Positions 1 through 14,498 of a stretch of DNA of 64,000 nt are shown piece by piece (the first letter of the stretch is position 1; each line of letters opens with the position of its first letter). The stretch lies in the NCBI RefSeq assembly GCF_009914755.1, contig NC_060933.1; one strand, given 5' to 3'. Source of the stretch: the human T2T-CHM13v2.0 reference genome, Homo sapiens. The notes under the pieces were generated by a model. The model saw only the letters and a program-made list of their open reading frames with translations. It searched no databases and was not told where the DNA came from. The position numbers were made by a program, and so were the translations under genes.

Positions 1-1261
1 GGTATATGAAGGTGAAGAGGAAAATTGGAAATCATGAAAGAAAAATAAGAGTGTTTGACTGCCAAGCTGAGTCTCTGATTGTTCAGAAGGGAGGAATGAG
101 GGGTGGGCCTGAGAAGAGAAACGAGAAGCAGAAAAGCCCTCTGCTCTCTTCCCATTCTCCTGCCTGCTTCTTTTTGGAGCCTAGGCCTAGAGCTTGTGCC
201 TTTCAGCAGTCAGTGTCTCGGGGGTATGGTTTCAGAGAGCTTTCCTCCAGCACTGTCAGCCCCAGGACTCTGCAGCACAAAACCAATTTACAATTAGAGT
301 GGGGTTTTAAAAAAATATTAACCAAAATCCTTTCAAAAGATTTGGTATGCATCTCAGTCATTTACAGTGATGGGCCAATGTAATCAGACTGCTAACCTAA
401 CAATGTAGATGGAAGAAGAGAATCAGTGTTTTGAAAGAAAGGAAGAGCATCAGATAGTTAGGGGAAGGGGAAACACAGATGGATTCTTCGTTTAAGTAGA
501 AGACCCAAAAGGTGGGAAAGAGACTAGATCACAGAAAGGAAAGTTTTGAAGGTACAAGAAAAACTTCCCAATTTTTCTAAGGGCTAATTCTACCCTCTCC
601 CAGCTGTCCAGTTCCAGTCCCCAGTCTCCCTTTACCTTTCTTGTCTAAGGAAAGAACTGGTAGTGGGAGAAGCAACCAGCTACATGGAACAGGTTCAGGG
701 TGCTTGCTGGGCACTGCGGGTTACAAATAGAGATAAATGCAGACTCTGTTGTCAAGAAACTTAATGTGGAAAATGAGACTTAATACAAATAATTAAAATA
801 AGAAGTCATAAGTGTTCAGTGCTAGTAGAGAAGTAAGAGGAAGTGGTACAGAACAACAGAGAGGAAAGGGAGATTTCTGGCTTAAGGAGGCTGAGATCAG
901 GCAGATGCTTTCCATAGGCAGTAGGTTTTGATGTAAGCTTTTAAAGAAGGATCAGGATTTAAATGGGAAATGATGGCAGGGAAGGGATTCAAAGAGCAGG
1001 AAGATAGGTACATAGGTGTGAAAATACAGATGTGTTTATGGCTGTGGCTCAGGGCTATATTGGAAAGAGTTTTGGGGAAATAAATTTACACTTTGATTTA
1101 GCTGTTGATGGGGTCCAAGTTAGGCAATAGTCTGGAGGAGTGGTGGTTAGGATCCAAAGTAGGAATCAAGGAGTTTGCAGCGAGAGGTATTATTGCTTAC
1201 ATGTGAAATGTATTTTCACTCGCTTGCGAATGGAGACTAATTCCCCTTCCACCCTCTGCAG

Positions 1262-1444
1262 TTACAGGATAGAGAATCCTACATTGCCCTTCTAGTTGGA
1301 GCCAAGTATGGGATTAGCCAGGTTATCAATAGCAAACTCAACATCATGTCCACATTGGCAGAGTTTGCAAACATCAGCCGTGTAGAGCTAACGGAAGAGT
1401 CTGAGAAAGTGAGCGTCGTCAAAGTGTATCTTCAGGACGTCAAG
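1262..1444 (+). CDS. FRMPD1: FRMPD1 internal coding exon (C-terminal part of the FERM region; LQDRESYIALLVGAKYGISQ...VYLQDVK)
   Basis: ctgcag| acceptor at 1261, AAG|gtaaca donor at 1445; 183 nt, phase 0-0, open and in frame with the next exon. Confidence 0.93.
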
Positions 1445-1713
1445 GTAACACAATGGGGAGAGATTCTGAATTCAACTGCTGGAATTTGGGGCCAAATAGG
1501 GGCCAGGCTAGTTTATATGAATTTTAAATAATAATAAAGTCTAATGTCCAATATCTGCTTAAGAGGACGAATTGTCCATCCTGTTCTATCAAACGGAAAG
1601 TGGTAAATGGTAAATTTTCCTGAAGAGGTCCTAAAAGGTTTTTTTGCACAAACTGAGATGGACCATGTGCTTTCCTGTTGGATTTAGAAACGTAGATGGA
1701 GAACACCAGAGGA

Positions 1714-2010
<297 letters not shown>

Positions 2011-2077
2011 CACCAGAGGATTTTATCACATGAATGGGACCAGATTGCTGCTCAAAAGCTTTGAGTGGTGGGCATTA

Positions 2078-2259
<182 letters not shown>

Positions 2260-2537
2260 GGTAACTAGTGCAGGGTACCTCCTGAGCCTCTCTCAAAGGT
2301 CTTACTTTTATTCTGCCCTCCTTTGATTTAATCCCAACATACTCAATATTGGTGCTTTATTCTTATCACCCTCTCCCTCATTCTCCACATGTTCTTGCTC
2401 CTTTTTCTTTTTTAAGTTCAGTCTTGCAAGTCCCTCTGCAGGAATGAACAGGGTGGGATGGGGCAGTTTGGATATGGCGCTGGGGTAGAGGATGAGGAGT
2501 CAGAAGACACTGTATAGATTGGGTGGGAAGGACCCAC

Positions 2538-2610
2538 TGTGTGTGAGTGAGTGTGTGAGTGCGTGAGAGTGTGTGTGTGTGTGTGTGTATGTGTGCGCAC
2601 ACACACACGC
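2538..2610. repeat. (TG)n/(CA)n compound microsatellite
   Basis: Directly visible. Confidence 0.9.
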
Positions 2611-2805
2611 GATGGTGTCTGTACGAGTACATGCATGTCCTCATTTAAAGCCTTGCAAGTGAGGATATGGGGCACCAGGAGACCTACCTGTGGACCATGG
2701 CCGGATTTACCTGGAATCTCTCGTTGGTCCCACATGGCTTTGTTGTCAGTCTTCAGACTGTCCCTTGGTCCTTGATAAACATGAGATTTCTATTTGCTTT
2801 CAAAG

Positions 2806-2953
2806 GTTCTGACTTTGCTGCTGGAATCCAACAGTGCAAAAGACCTAGCCTGCCTGATTGCTGGGTACTACAGGCTGTTGGTTGACCCAGTTACCTCCAT
2901 TTTCCTCTGGCCTGGAAACAAACAACAAGCGCACCGGGTATCTGCAGAAGAAG
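2806..2953 (+). CDS. FRMPD1: FRMPD1 coding exon (VLTLLLESNSAKDLACLIAGYYRLLVDP...AEE)
   Basis: tttcaaag| acceptor, AAG|gtgagg donor; 148 nt, phase 0-1; LIAGYYRL is typical of the FAK/FRMPD-type FERM C-lobe end. Confidence 0.93.
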
Positions 2954-3223
2954 GTGAGGCACTGAGTCTTGCCCCAATAAGGACAGGCCCCTTTCACTGG
3001 CCTTGTAGGTAAGGGCAGCCTAAAGGGAGGTGGTGAATTGAATTGAGCCGAGGCTTCAGCTCAAGTGGATGAGAGCTATTTCTCTGTTTATTTCCTAGTA
3101 AACAATTGATCTTTCATAAATACTAAACAAAGAAGCTTTCTTTGTATCTGAAATTTTCCTGAAACCAAGGAATGCTGTGGAAGAGCTCTAGTTCCCTGCT
3201 GTATTTCCTAAGATTGTCTCTCA

Positions 3224-3571
<348 letters not shown>

Positions 3572-4002
3572 TCATCAAAAAGAGATGTCACTTATTTGTT
3601 CAGGAAGTAGATGACCTGGCTTCTCTTCCTTACCTATGCACTCTTTTGCAATCTCTTGAAGTATAAAAGAACTTCTCTGCAAGGCAGGTAAGACAGTTTC
3701 CTAGGCCAGCTCCCAGTTTCTGCCAGGCTTTTGCCTCAGCACCATTGATGCAGCATGAACCTAGGGCTGTGCTGATAAATGCTTAACAACTCCCTGCAGA
3801 GGGACAAAAACAGTTTGAAGGAATTGCCCAATTCCATGGTGTCAACATTCTCACGATGGGTAATTTCAGGCTACCACGATATGATGATACCATGATGAAT
3901 GTGGAGATGGGAAGAGGTGATCAATAGCACACCACTGTAGAGTGTTTCCTCTATATGGATAAAGTAGAAATCAGCTCAAGAGAATAGGTACTAATACAAT
4001 AA

Positions 4003-4348
<346 letters not shown>

Positions 4349-4765
4349 TGTTACCTTTGTTGTTACACAATGTATTTATGAACGAGGGGTGACTCCTCAG
4401 AGTCTGCTCAGGGAGACAACGCAGAGTGGCAACAGGGCTGTTGTGGAGGGGTTGTGGGGGGGACTGCTGCTGCCTGTCAGAGAAAGTTCTCTAGAGGAAG
4501 AGGTATTGGAAATAGATCTTGAAGAACATGCTGGAGTTAACCAGGCACGGAAAAGGAAGACAGATCATTCAAGGCCGAGGGGGCCTGGAGGAATGACCCG
4601 AGGAAAAGGCCATGACCTGAAAGGAGCTCTCCCTATGGGTGGCTGGAACGTGGCAGGGAAGGCTGCCATGGGGGACTGGGTGCCTGAGGAGGGGCTGGAC
4701 CATATTGCAAGAGGGGAAAAGGGAGATGGTGAAAAGAGATAGGAGCCCCACCACGAGAAGGGCAG

Positions 4766-5008
4766 CTAGACTACAGAGGAGACCTCAGCGCCATTCTGTG
4801 AGGGAGACACTAGACTGAAGGGGAGGTGTCAAGACCATCCTGTCGTGGGTACTAGACTGCAGAGGAGGGTTCAGGGCCATCCTGGGAGAGGGGGAAGAGC
4901 CTGCAGAGGAGGCCTTAGGGCCATCCTTTGAGGCAAGGGAGGACTAGACTGTGCATGAGGCGCCATGGCCATCCTGTGAGAAGGGCAACAAGGCCATACT
5001 GTGAGAGT
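4766..5008 (+). repeat. Degenerate minisatellite, unit about 44 bp, about 5.5 copies
   Basis: CTAGACT at 4766, 4810, 4852, 4944; recurring GCCATCCTGTGAG variants. Confidence 0.7.
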
Positions 5009-5787
5009 CTGTAACTGTTGTGGGGGAGGCCAGGCTCTTCCCCGTAAGCAGGGCAGCCATCAGAGGGTTTAAGCAGGGTGTGATGAGGTCAGAGAGAAGT
5101 TTGAGAAAGATCACTCTGGAGGCTTACAGGAATAAAGAGATTGCAACCTGGCTCAGTGCTCCCCAGCCTCCTACCATTAATCCTTCCTGAGAACCTGCCG
5201 CTGGATGAGTTTTCACTGTCCTACAAAGCCCATAGCACCCATGGATCCAGAAGGCCAGGCTTTAGAATGGTGCCAGCCTAGCAGCCTCGTACTCGTCATA
5301 AAATTGCTAAAAATACAGATTCTCAGGCCCCACTTCTAGCGATCTGACTCAGTACATCAGGGGTAGGGCCAAGGATCTGTTGTATTTTTAAAATATGATT
5401 CCCCATCTGACTTTGACGCCCAGGCAGGATAGAACTGAGGTCTGGGGAGGGGCTTAGCAAACCTGGGCAGTGCTGCCCACACAAAGAGGAATCAAAGTAA
5501 ATACCACATTTCCATGAACAGACAGTTCTCCTTGGAGGTGGGGATGGAGTTAATCCAGCCTCCTTTAGCTCAGAGAGATGTGGGACAGGCGGTCTGATAG
5601 CATGGGGAGAACATGGAAGCTGGAGTCCCTCGGATCCCGTGTTCGTCAGTATAGGACGGTCTTAGGCCAGCCACCCTCTGGCCCTCAGTTTTCTCGTCTG
5701 GCAGGGTTGGGTGGGGGTCAGGGGGCTAGAAGGACACATAGGTAGGAGAATTCTGTTGTGTAACTGTTGCTGTACCCTGTGTTGCAG

Positions 5788-6594
5788 GCTATGAATCCAG
5801 GGCCTGCAGTGACTCAGAGGAGTCCTCTGAGGTGGACTGCGTACTCGAACCTCTCTCTGACAGGCGCCTGGTGAAACTGGCACCCTGCAGATCACTCATA
5901 AAGGAGGAGCAGCCTCCTGGGAACAGCCCCACACCTGAGGTGGCTAGGAGGGGCCCCAGCACCTGCGGGGCCAGCAGCACGACAGACAGTGCCGAGTCCG
6001 AGGCGTCCGACTCAGCCAACACTGAGAGCCGCGGCTACAGGACCAGTGGCTCGAGTGAGTCCATGGACGCTCTGGAAGAGGATGACTTAGACACCTGCTC
6101 CTCCAGCAGGTCCACCTTCTTCCACTTTGGCTCGCCAGGCCTCGCAGAGAGCATTGACTCTGACAGCCAGGAGGAGAGAAGCGGGATTGAAACCAGTGGC
6201 TTCCTCTGTCTCCTGGACCTGGCCCAGAGAGCCAACCCCCAGTGCCAGAAGACAGAGTTTTCCGAGAGTGCTGCTTTGGAGACATTTGGCTGGGCACCAG
6301 AACTGAGCACAGTCAGGCTGGACCCCAGGCTGTATGAAGGCAGCCACGCTGACTACTACAGCCTGTGTTCCAGTGTCTCCCCGGCCAGCTACCTGAGTGA
6401 CAGTTCCGAGAGTACAGCTTCCCGGCAAGGGGGAGCCCCGCCAGCCTGGGGTCAGCAGGGCTGGACTGAGGCCCAGCCCAGTTCCATGCTGGAACCCCTG
6501 GCCCTGCACCCACCACTGGCCTTTGAGGATGGCAGCTCAGATGAGGAATACTATGACGCGGCTGATAAGCTCACTCCCCCAGGCCCCCCGTCAG
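5788..6594 (+). CDS. FRMPD1: FRMPD1 penultimate exon, Ser/acidic-rich and probably disordered
   Basis: gttgcag| acceptor, CAG|gtgagc donor; 807 nt, phase 1-1; matches ORF 5832..6677. Confidence 0.93.
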
Positions 6595-7158
6595 GTGAGC
6601 CGTCCCTTGCAGGTCTGCAGACACGGCAGGCAGCTCCTGAGTGCCTCCCGGGGATCAAGGCCTGGGGCCAAGCTTGAGAGGAAGGCACATGAGTGAAACA
6701 GGGTCCCTGTACACTTCTGAGGAGGTAGATACAGATTCCATGGACCAAATTTTAGGCATCGTGGCAGGCCTGCAAGGGAGGTTCAGACAACTGTGGCAAG
6801 CAGATGGGAGGGATTCATCCAACAGTGGGAATCAGGGAAGGCTTCCCAGAAGAGGGGGCAAATGGGCTGGGCCCTGTGGGAGGGACAGAATTTACAAAAA
6901 AGGAAAGGGCTTGACAGGAGTGCCCGGCAGAGCGAAGTGGCTATGTCATCACTGATCCTGAGGCTGCATTAAAGGAGGCCTTGAAGCAAGAAGAACCAGA
7001 CAGACAGGCCGTCTGTGGCCCTGCAAGGCCTTCTGGGGTCCAAGGGACCCTGACATCAGAAGGTAGGGGATCTGGTGGCTGTGTTTCTATCAGGTTCCTC
7101 ATACATTCCTCCACCGAGAGTGTGGAGGGTCTTTCCAAGCAGAACTGAGATCCTGGCA

Positions 7159-7160
<2 letters not shown>

Positions 7161-7202
<42 letters not shown>
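7161..7202 (+). repeat. (AC)21 microsatellite
   Basis: Perfect dinucleotide run. Confidence 0.95.
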
Positions 7203-7206
<4 letters not shown>

Positions 7207-8319
7207 TTCTGAAGGAAACATATTGGAAAAGAGCACATGGATGTTGAAGGTGACCTGCCAGGAGCTGGGAGAGCTGCAGCCCTTGTTCCTGTCTCGGCAC
7301 TTTCCTGCTGCTCTCTGATCCTCTATTCCCAGACCTCCTGTGCTCTCCCACTGTTCTGGAGAGAAAGGCCAGCTCCTCTGGGAGCCCCATCAGGCCCTTT
7401 GAGGCCCTCTGTGACATGGCCTCTGCCTGTCTCTCTCCCTCCTCCTGCATTCCTGCCATACAGACCTCCTTGCCACTTTCTACAAGTGCCTGTTTTTTCC
7501 CCCTCCTCCAGCCTTTGCACATGCTGCTCTTTCTGACCGAAACACTCCTCCCCAGATCGTGGCTGATGGTGCCCATCCGTCTATCAGATTCCGGTTGGAA
7601 TTCACTTCCTCAGAGAACATTTCCCAGGCTTCCCAGGCCAGGGCAAGTCTCCCCATCTCTGTCACATGTTCTTGCATTACCTGGGGCTCTCCCTGTCTGG
7701 CACCTCGCACAGCCTGTAAATTACATATTTACTTGTATGATTCTGTGTTGATGTTTCTCTCCATCACTAGACCGAGAACTCCTTTGAGCGTTAGAACTGT
7801 GTGTTTCTCACTGTGTCCCCAGCACACAGCGTCTAGCAATTGTTGTTAAATGAATGAATGAAGTCTCCACCATCTACACTGAGTTCAATTGACTGTACCT
7901 CTAAGGAAAGGAGAAACCATGGCCAGACTCCTTACTGCTCCCCAAAGTACCCAGACAACCACTTTCCATGCCCCAGCCTTGCCCTGCAGGGCCAGCCATT
8001 GTGCCGGGGGGCAGGATGGAAGTGTGGCAGAAACCATCAGTCAGGGCCCTTTTATGGGAGTCTAGTCAGGAACATATGGGGTTCATACCAGACACTGTTT
8101 TGTTTTTGTTTTTGTTTTTTATAGGGAGCCAGTGTAGTGCTGAGAAAAGAGCCAGAACTAGGATTCCTCAGCCTGGGTTCTGATTTGGCCCCTGACTGAC
8201 TATTGGAGCCTCTTTGTCTTTGGGACTTAGAAACTCCTTGGTCGGTGGCTGTCAGTAGCCTAGGGCAGTCAAATGTGACTGGGCATCAGAATCACCTGAG
8301 GGACCTTGTTTAAAAACTA

Positions 8320-8637
<318 letters not shown>

Positions 8638-9229
8638 TTATAGATCCCTAGGCCCTAGCCTCAGAGATTCTGACTCCTCAGAGATTGTGGGGAGCAGCCT
8701 AGGACTTGATAAGGTTTCTAATAGCATACAGCCAGGTTAGAAATGACTGGTCTGACTACCCAAGCTCTCTGATTCTCAAGTGCTAGGCTCTGATCCTAAT
8801 TCCTTCTGGCTGATTCCCAAGGGTTCTTTACAATAGTGCCTCTCCTCCCAGAAAGATCCATCCTGGGATGCACAAAACTCGATGCCTGTGACAGAGTTGT
8901 GGCCCCTTTACATTCAGACATGAAATGGCAATAACGAGCAGCTTCCTTTTAGTGAATACCTAATGAGGCAGAGGCCTTGTGCTGGGTGCTTTATAAAAAT
9001 GCACTAATTCCTTTAACCTGCACGGCAGCACTGAATGGCACCATTGGCACTAAAAGACTTGGGTTAACATCAGCACAAAGAAAAAGTGTTAGGAAGTAAG
9101 ATTGTTTATAGAATTGCTGGCAAGCCTGAAGACCTGGGTTCAGAAATAGACAGCAACCAGGCTAAGAGTCTAGTCACAGGATTCCCTACCTGTATTATCA
9201 AGCTATTGTGGTTGGAAAGAATGGCTCTG

Positions 9230-9230
<1 letters not shown>

Positions 9231-9270
<40 letters not shown>
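9231..9270 (+). repeat. T40 homopolymer
   Basis: Directly visible, with no adjoining Alu body. Confidence 0.9.
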
Positions 9271-9273
<3 letters not shown>

Positions 9274-9461
9274 GTCTTTGGGTTTGGAATTCTGGAGAAT
9301 TTGTAGCTGATTGGCTGGCGTGGACAGAGCATCTTCGTGAACAGTTCCAGCAGACTCTAACCATTGGGGAGATGTCATTCCCTAAACAGAAGTTGAGATG
9401 CTGTGACCAAAAGATAATTAAATGGATCTTAGGCATCCAAAAATTTAATAATGTCTATCAC

Positions 9462-9965
<504 letters not shown>

Positions 9966-10099
9966 TCAGGATTGAACTTGCTCAAGGTTACACAGCCTAG
10001 CCAGAATTTAAACCCAGGAAAGCCCAAGGCCTGAGCCCAAGCTCTATTAACCTCTTTTTTTTGTGCTTTTTAATGTATTTTTTCTTTCCTGACTCCCAG

Positions 10100-12480
10100 G
10101 GCCCAGAGATGTTTCTACTGCAGAACCCAGTGCCACAAGCTTGCAGAATAAGGCCAGCACTTCTAGCCCTGAGAACAGCCTGCCTTGTGGGCCAGATGGA
10201 AGACAGCCAAGCAGGAGGGGAGGGGTGAAGAAATATGCCAAGACCCTGAGGAAAAGAAGGTCTTTCCTACAGACCGACTACACCTCTCAGGTCTCATTTC
10301 CCCTGGTGCCATCAGCCTCCCTGGAGAGTGTAGACGACGTGTGCTACTATGACAGGGAGCCCTACCTGGCCCTTGGTGCACCCTCCCCAACTGTGTCCTC
10401 TCTGCAGGACATGCAGGGTGAGCCTGGCCTTCTGGAGACCAAGGCCTTGGGGCTGCTGGCTCCTCTGAGGGAGACCAAGAGCACAAACCCAGCCTCCAGG
10501 GTCATGGAGATGGAGCCCGAGACCATGGAAACCAAATCAGTCATCGACTCTCGAGTGTCTTCTATTTCTGCCATTCGCTTCCGGATTGACCCCAACAATA
10601 AAGAGAATTCTGGTGTTGTCCCTGCTGCCAGCTCCTCAGCAAGCACTCCTCACTGTTCTAACCCAGGTTCATCTGGCCCAGATACTGCTCAGGCAAGGCC
10701 TTCCCAAATCTTACCTCTATCTCAAGACCTGGATGGGATTGCCCCCAAAGAACCAACCATAGAGCATGGAGACAGCTCCTTCTCCCTCTCCAGTGGTGAC
10801 CCTAACCCAGACAGAGCCTGCCTGGCCAGCAACCCAGGACTAAATAATGTCTCTCAAGGAGACACACTAGAGCTCCAGTTGGAGCCCCATGTCCAGTTGG
10901 AAATGGGATTGGAATCTTTTTGTACAAATCATATACAAGAAACTGCCCCCAAATACACAGAGCCTTTGTTGTCTCCTAGAGATGAGCCTAGAAGTGATGA
11001 ATGTGGAATAAATCCAGGAGAGAAGATAGCTTCTATCCCTACAAAGGAAGAGCCACAAGGACAACTATCTCTGGAAAGAGACAGAGAAGTTACAAACAAA
11101 AATGGCACCAACGTATTTCAGGAGGAGTCTAGGAAGGATTCAGGTGACTCCCCGGGTGATGTGTCAAATAATGTTTCACAGACTCTTGATATTAGCTCTC
11201 CAGCTGGTAAAATAGTAACCTCCCTTTCTTTAGATGCTCCTGTAACAGGGACCGAGCAGATCCCACCACATCCCCCTAGAGACCCTCAAGGACAGAGCAG
11301 AGAACCCCCAGGGCAAGGCTGCCAGGCTCAAGAACAAAAACTATTCGTAGAGTTGGATTTAGACCCTGATTTCTTTCTTGGGAAGCAGACAGTTTCACCA
11401 GCCGTCCCTCCAGAGGGGATCAAGGCAGAGGCACCTAACCATGTGACAGGGCAAGATATAGCCCCTAGGGACAGCCCTGAGTGGGTCTGTTTTAATCCTG
11501 AGCCTTCCCTGCCAGAACCACTACCATGTCCACAAGAGGATCCTCACTTAGAAACTTCAAACCATTGCTTACTCTCAGAAGGCAAAAGTGACAGCTCTAG
11601 CATCTGCCTTTCTGCTGAGAAGTCTTTTCTGTGCTTTGCCCCAGAAAGCCATCCTGAAGTCTCTGCCAGTCTCAGGGTGGCCACATCTTTGGGTTTTGCA
11701 GGCATGAATGAGATGGTGGCTCCCAGGATAGGGATGGACCAGTGCAGCTGTCAGTTCTCCTATGCCACATGCTTCCGTGGCCCGCAGCCTGAGACAGAGG
11801 AAGAAGACAGGGACTTGGAAGCACACCCCATGGCCCCCCTCACCTCACCGCCCTCTGCGGGAAGCCCGGTGGTTCTGCCCTGGAGGCCTGCCCGAGCCCA
11901 CAGCTGCACCACCGCACCCCTGTCGAGGAAAAGCCACATCTGGCCAGAGTACTGCTCCAGGGCACTGAGACAGCTGAAAGCCACCCCTGCCAGCACCCCT
12001 GAGGGCTTCATCCAACTCATGGAGAGCTTGCTGGAGCTACAAGACATTTTAGAAACTTCCTGGGGGGTTGGAAACAAACATCCCCCAGAGAAGTGCACCT
12101 GGCACTTTACCGAAAGCCGGAGCCGCCTCTGCATGGGCTCCCAGAAGCTCCTGTCGAGCTGTCGGCATGTGATCAGAATGGACCAGTCCCCCGAAGAGAT
12201 GCAGGGGGCCGTGCGTGACACCTTCCAGCACCTGGTCCAGCTGGCCGGCCTGTGCTTTCAGTTCACAGACTGTAGCCGCTGCTCCGCCCGGCACAGGGAG
12301 GCAGCGGGGAACCTGAGGGATGTGGTGTACACCTACCATCAGTTTATAGAGGCTGCTAAATCGACCTGCGAGAGAGGCTACCACGACCTGAGTGTGAAAC
12401 TCCTGGCCCGTCAGTGCACGGCCCTCACGGCCGCCGTGTTCTGTTTGACCCAGAAGTTCCGGGCATCCACGGCCCTGTAA
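10100..12480 (+). CDS. FRMPD1: FRMPD1 last coding exon (about 793 codons, ends ...QKFRASTAL*)
   Basis: Polypyrimidine tract + cccag| at 10099, phase 1; continuous with the 779-aa ORF 10141..12480; TAA at 12478-12480. Confidence 0.95.
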
Positions 12481-12593
12481 ACAGGTCAACGGCCCAAGGG
12501 CCTCCTGCCCTGTCCTGCCTTGGACACTTCCCTGAGAAGCCCCTTCCACTCTCCCACCCACCCTCTTCAAATGTTTACTATATAGAGTATTCA

Positions 12594-12599
12594 AATAAA
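12594..12599 (+). terminator. FRMPD1: FRMPD1 polyadenylation signal AATAAA (3'UTR only about 130 nt)
   Basis: First AATAAA after the stop codon, 113 nt downstream. Confidence 0.75.
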
Positions 12600-13036
12600 C
12601 TGCTGCTTAATCTTGGCCTGAGTCATAGAGTTTGGGTTAAAAGCATTCACTTATATTCGTTCAACAGACATTCACTGGATACTTCCTTTGTGCCAGGCCT
12701 TGGGATTTACAGATGAGTAAGACAAGTCTCTCCCCCTGGTCAGGATGCTTACAGACTCTCTAGGCACAGATTAGTTAGATCACTATCAGCAAAGTGTTTA
12801 TCATAAAAGGAGCGTACCCAAGGAGTGTAGAAGCAAAAGGAATACTCAAGAAGGCAGGGGTGAGGGAGAAAGGTGGGGGTCACTGAAAAACAGTCTTGAC
12901 TTCTCATATCACACTTATTTGGCAATAACCTTTGCAAATAGGAGTGAATACCGGTAATATTTGATAGACTTCGACCTTCACAAGTTATGGTTTGCAGCGC
13001 CTGCACCAGGAGGCCTGGGATTCTTGGCTGCCCCAC

Positions 13037-13070
13037 TGCAGCAAGCATAGGTTGCCACTAGGTGGCAGGA
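13037..13070 (+). promoter_or_regulatory. Candidate CTCF site, forward orientation, with upstream U-motif
   Basis: TGCAGCAAGC-N5-TTGCCACTAGGTGGCAG fits the CTCF core CCA(C/G)(C/T)AG(A/G)(G/T)GGC(A/G) plus a TGCAG upstream module; motif only, no binding data. Confidence 0.6.
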
Positions 13071-14028
13071 AGTTCTTTCATTGCAAGGCCACACATGTGC
13101 TTTATCTGAAATTGATTGCATCCCTGAATCTTGCACCTTATTCCTGTTTTAAATATATAAAAAGCCGAACATTAAAGCCTTGAATTAGATTTGCCTTTTT
13201 AAGAAAATTAAAGCAAAAGAAATATATTGGATACCTTTCTTACCCCAGTTGAGCCAGTTAATCCCAGTTCATCCTGGTGGACCTTAGACAAGCCACCTAA
13301 CCTCTCAGTGCTTTGGTTTTCTTTTCTGCAAATTGGCATACTAATAGTGCCCATTTTATGGGATAGAAATCCAGCAAGTACTCAATCTAGTAGATGATAA
13401 ATGCTAGCAATAACCCTCAGCTCTTATGGACGTCTCTTCTAGTCTGAAACCATCCACTGTATTTTGTTTTTAGACCCCAGGGAAACTGATTTTAAGCCTC
13501 CCTTGGGGTGCCTCTTTGCCTGGCTTCTCTGTCCAGGCCAAAGGTGGTTTAGTCACTCACCTTAGGCTATTAGAGTTCGTTAAAGGAGTCCCTTGTCCCT
13601 CTGGTGCTCCTGACCAGTGTGAGCTCAGTGCTGCCGCTGTGGCTCTTCTCTAGGGCTCCTTCCCTCCACCCAGCAAAAGCAGGAACAGAAAGGAGAGTAT
13701 GAAGTCACACACCTCAGCTCTCTCCAAACAGAAGGAAAACAATACCTGAGAGAAGACGTGAAAAGGCATCCTTCCCATCTCCTGTTACCGATAACTTGTT
13801 GTTAATAACTAGAAACCAGTTACCAGTACTTGTGCCAGGAAAAGACGTATTTTCTTAGAGGCCTGTTTCTTTTCATAGGATACTTTGAATAAAACTTAAA
13901 TGAGGCTCTTGAACACAGATTGGAAGCAATTTCATGGCAATGAAAAATAGGAACTACAGGGCACCAAAATAATAAAAATTGCCTAATGTTAAACAAGACC
14001 TGAAACTTTTGTCAGCAGAAAGCTGTGA

Positions 14029-14498
<470 letters not shown>

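Noticed and set aside
6941-7576. 211-aa minus-strand ORF
   Set aside because: Runs through an (AC)n microsatellite and L2-like sequence; no recognisable domain
11760-12594. Antisense ORFs (153 and 181 aa) over the FRMPD1 last exon, and similar ones over 5789-6516
   Set aside because: Expected shadows of GC-rich coding sequence; no promoter or splice support
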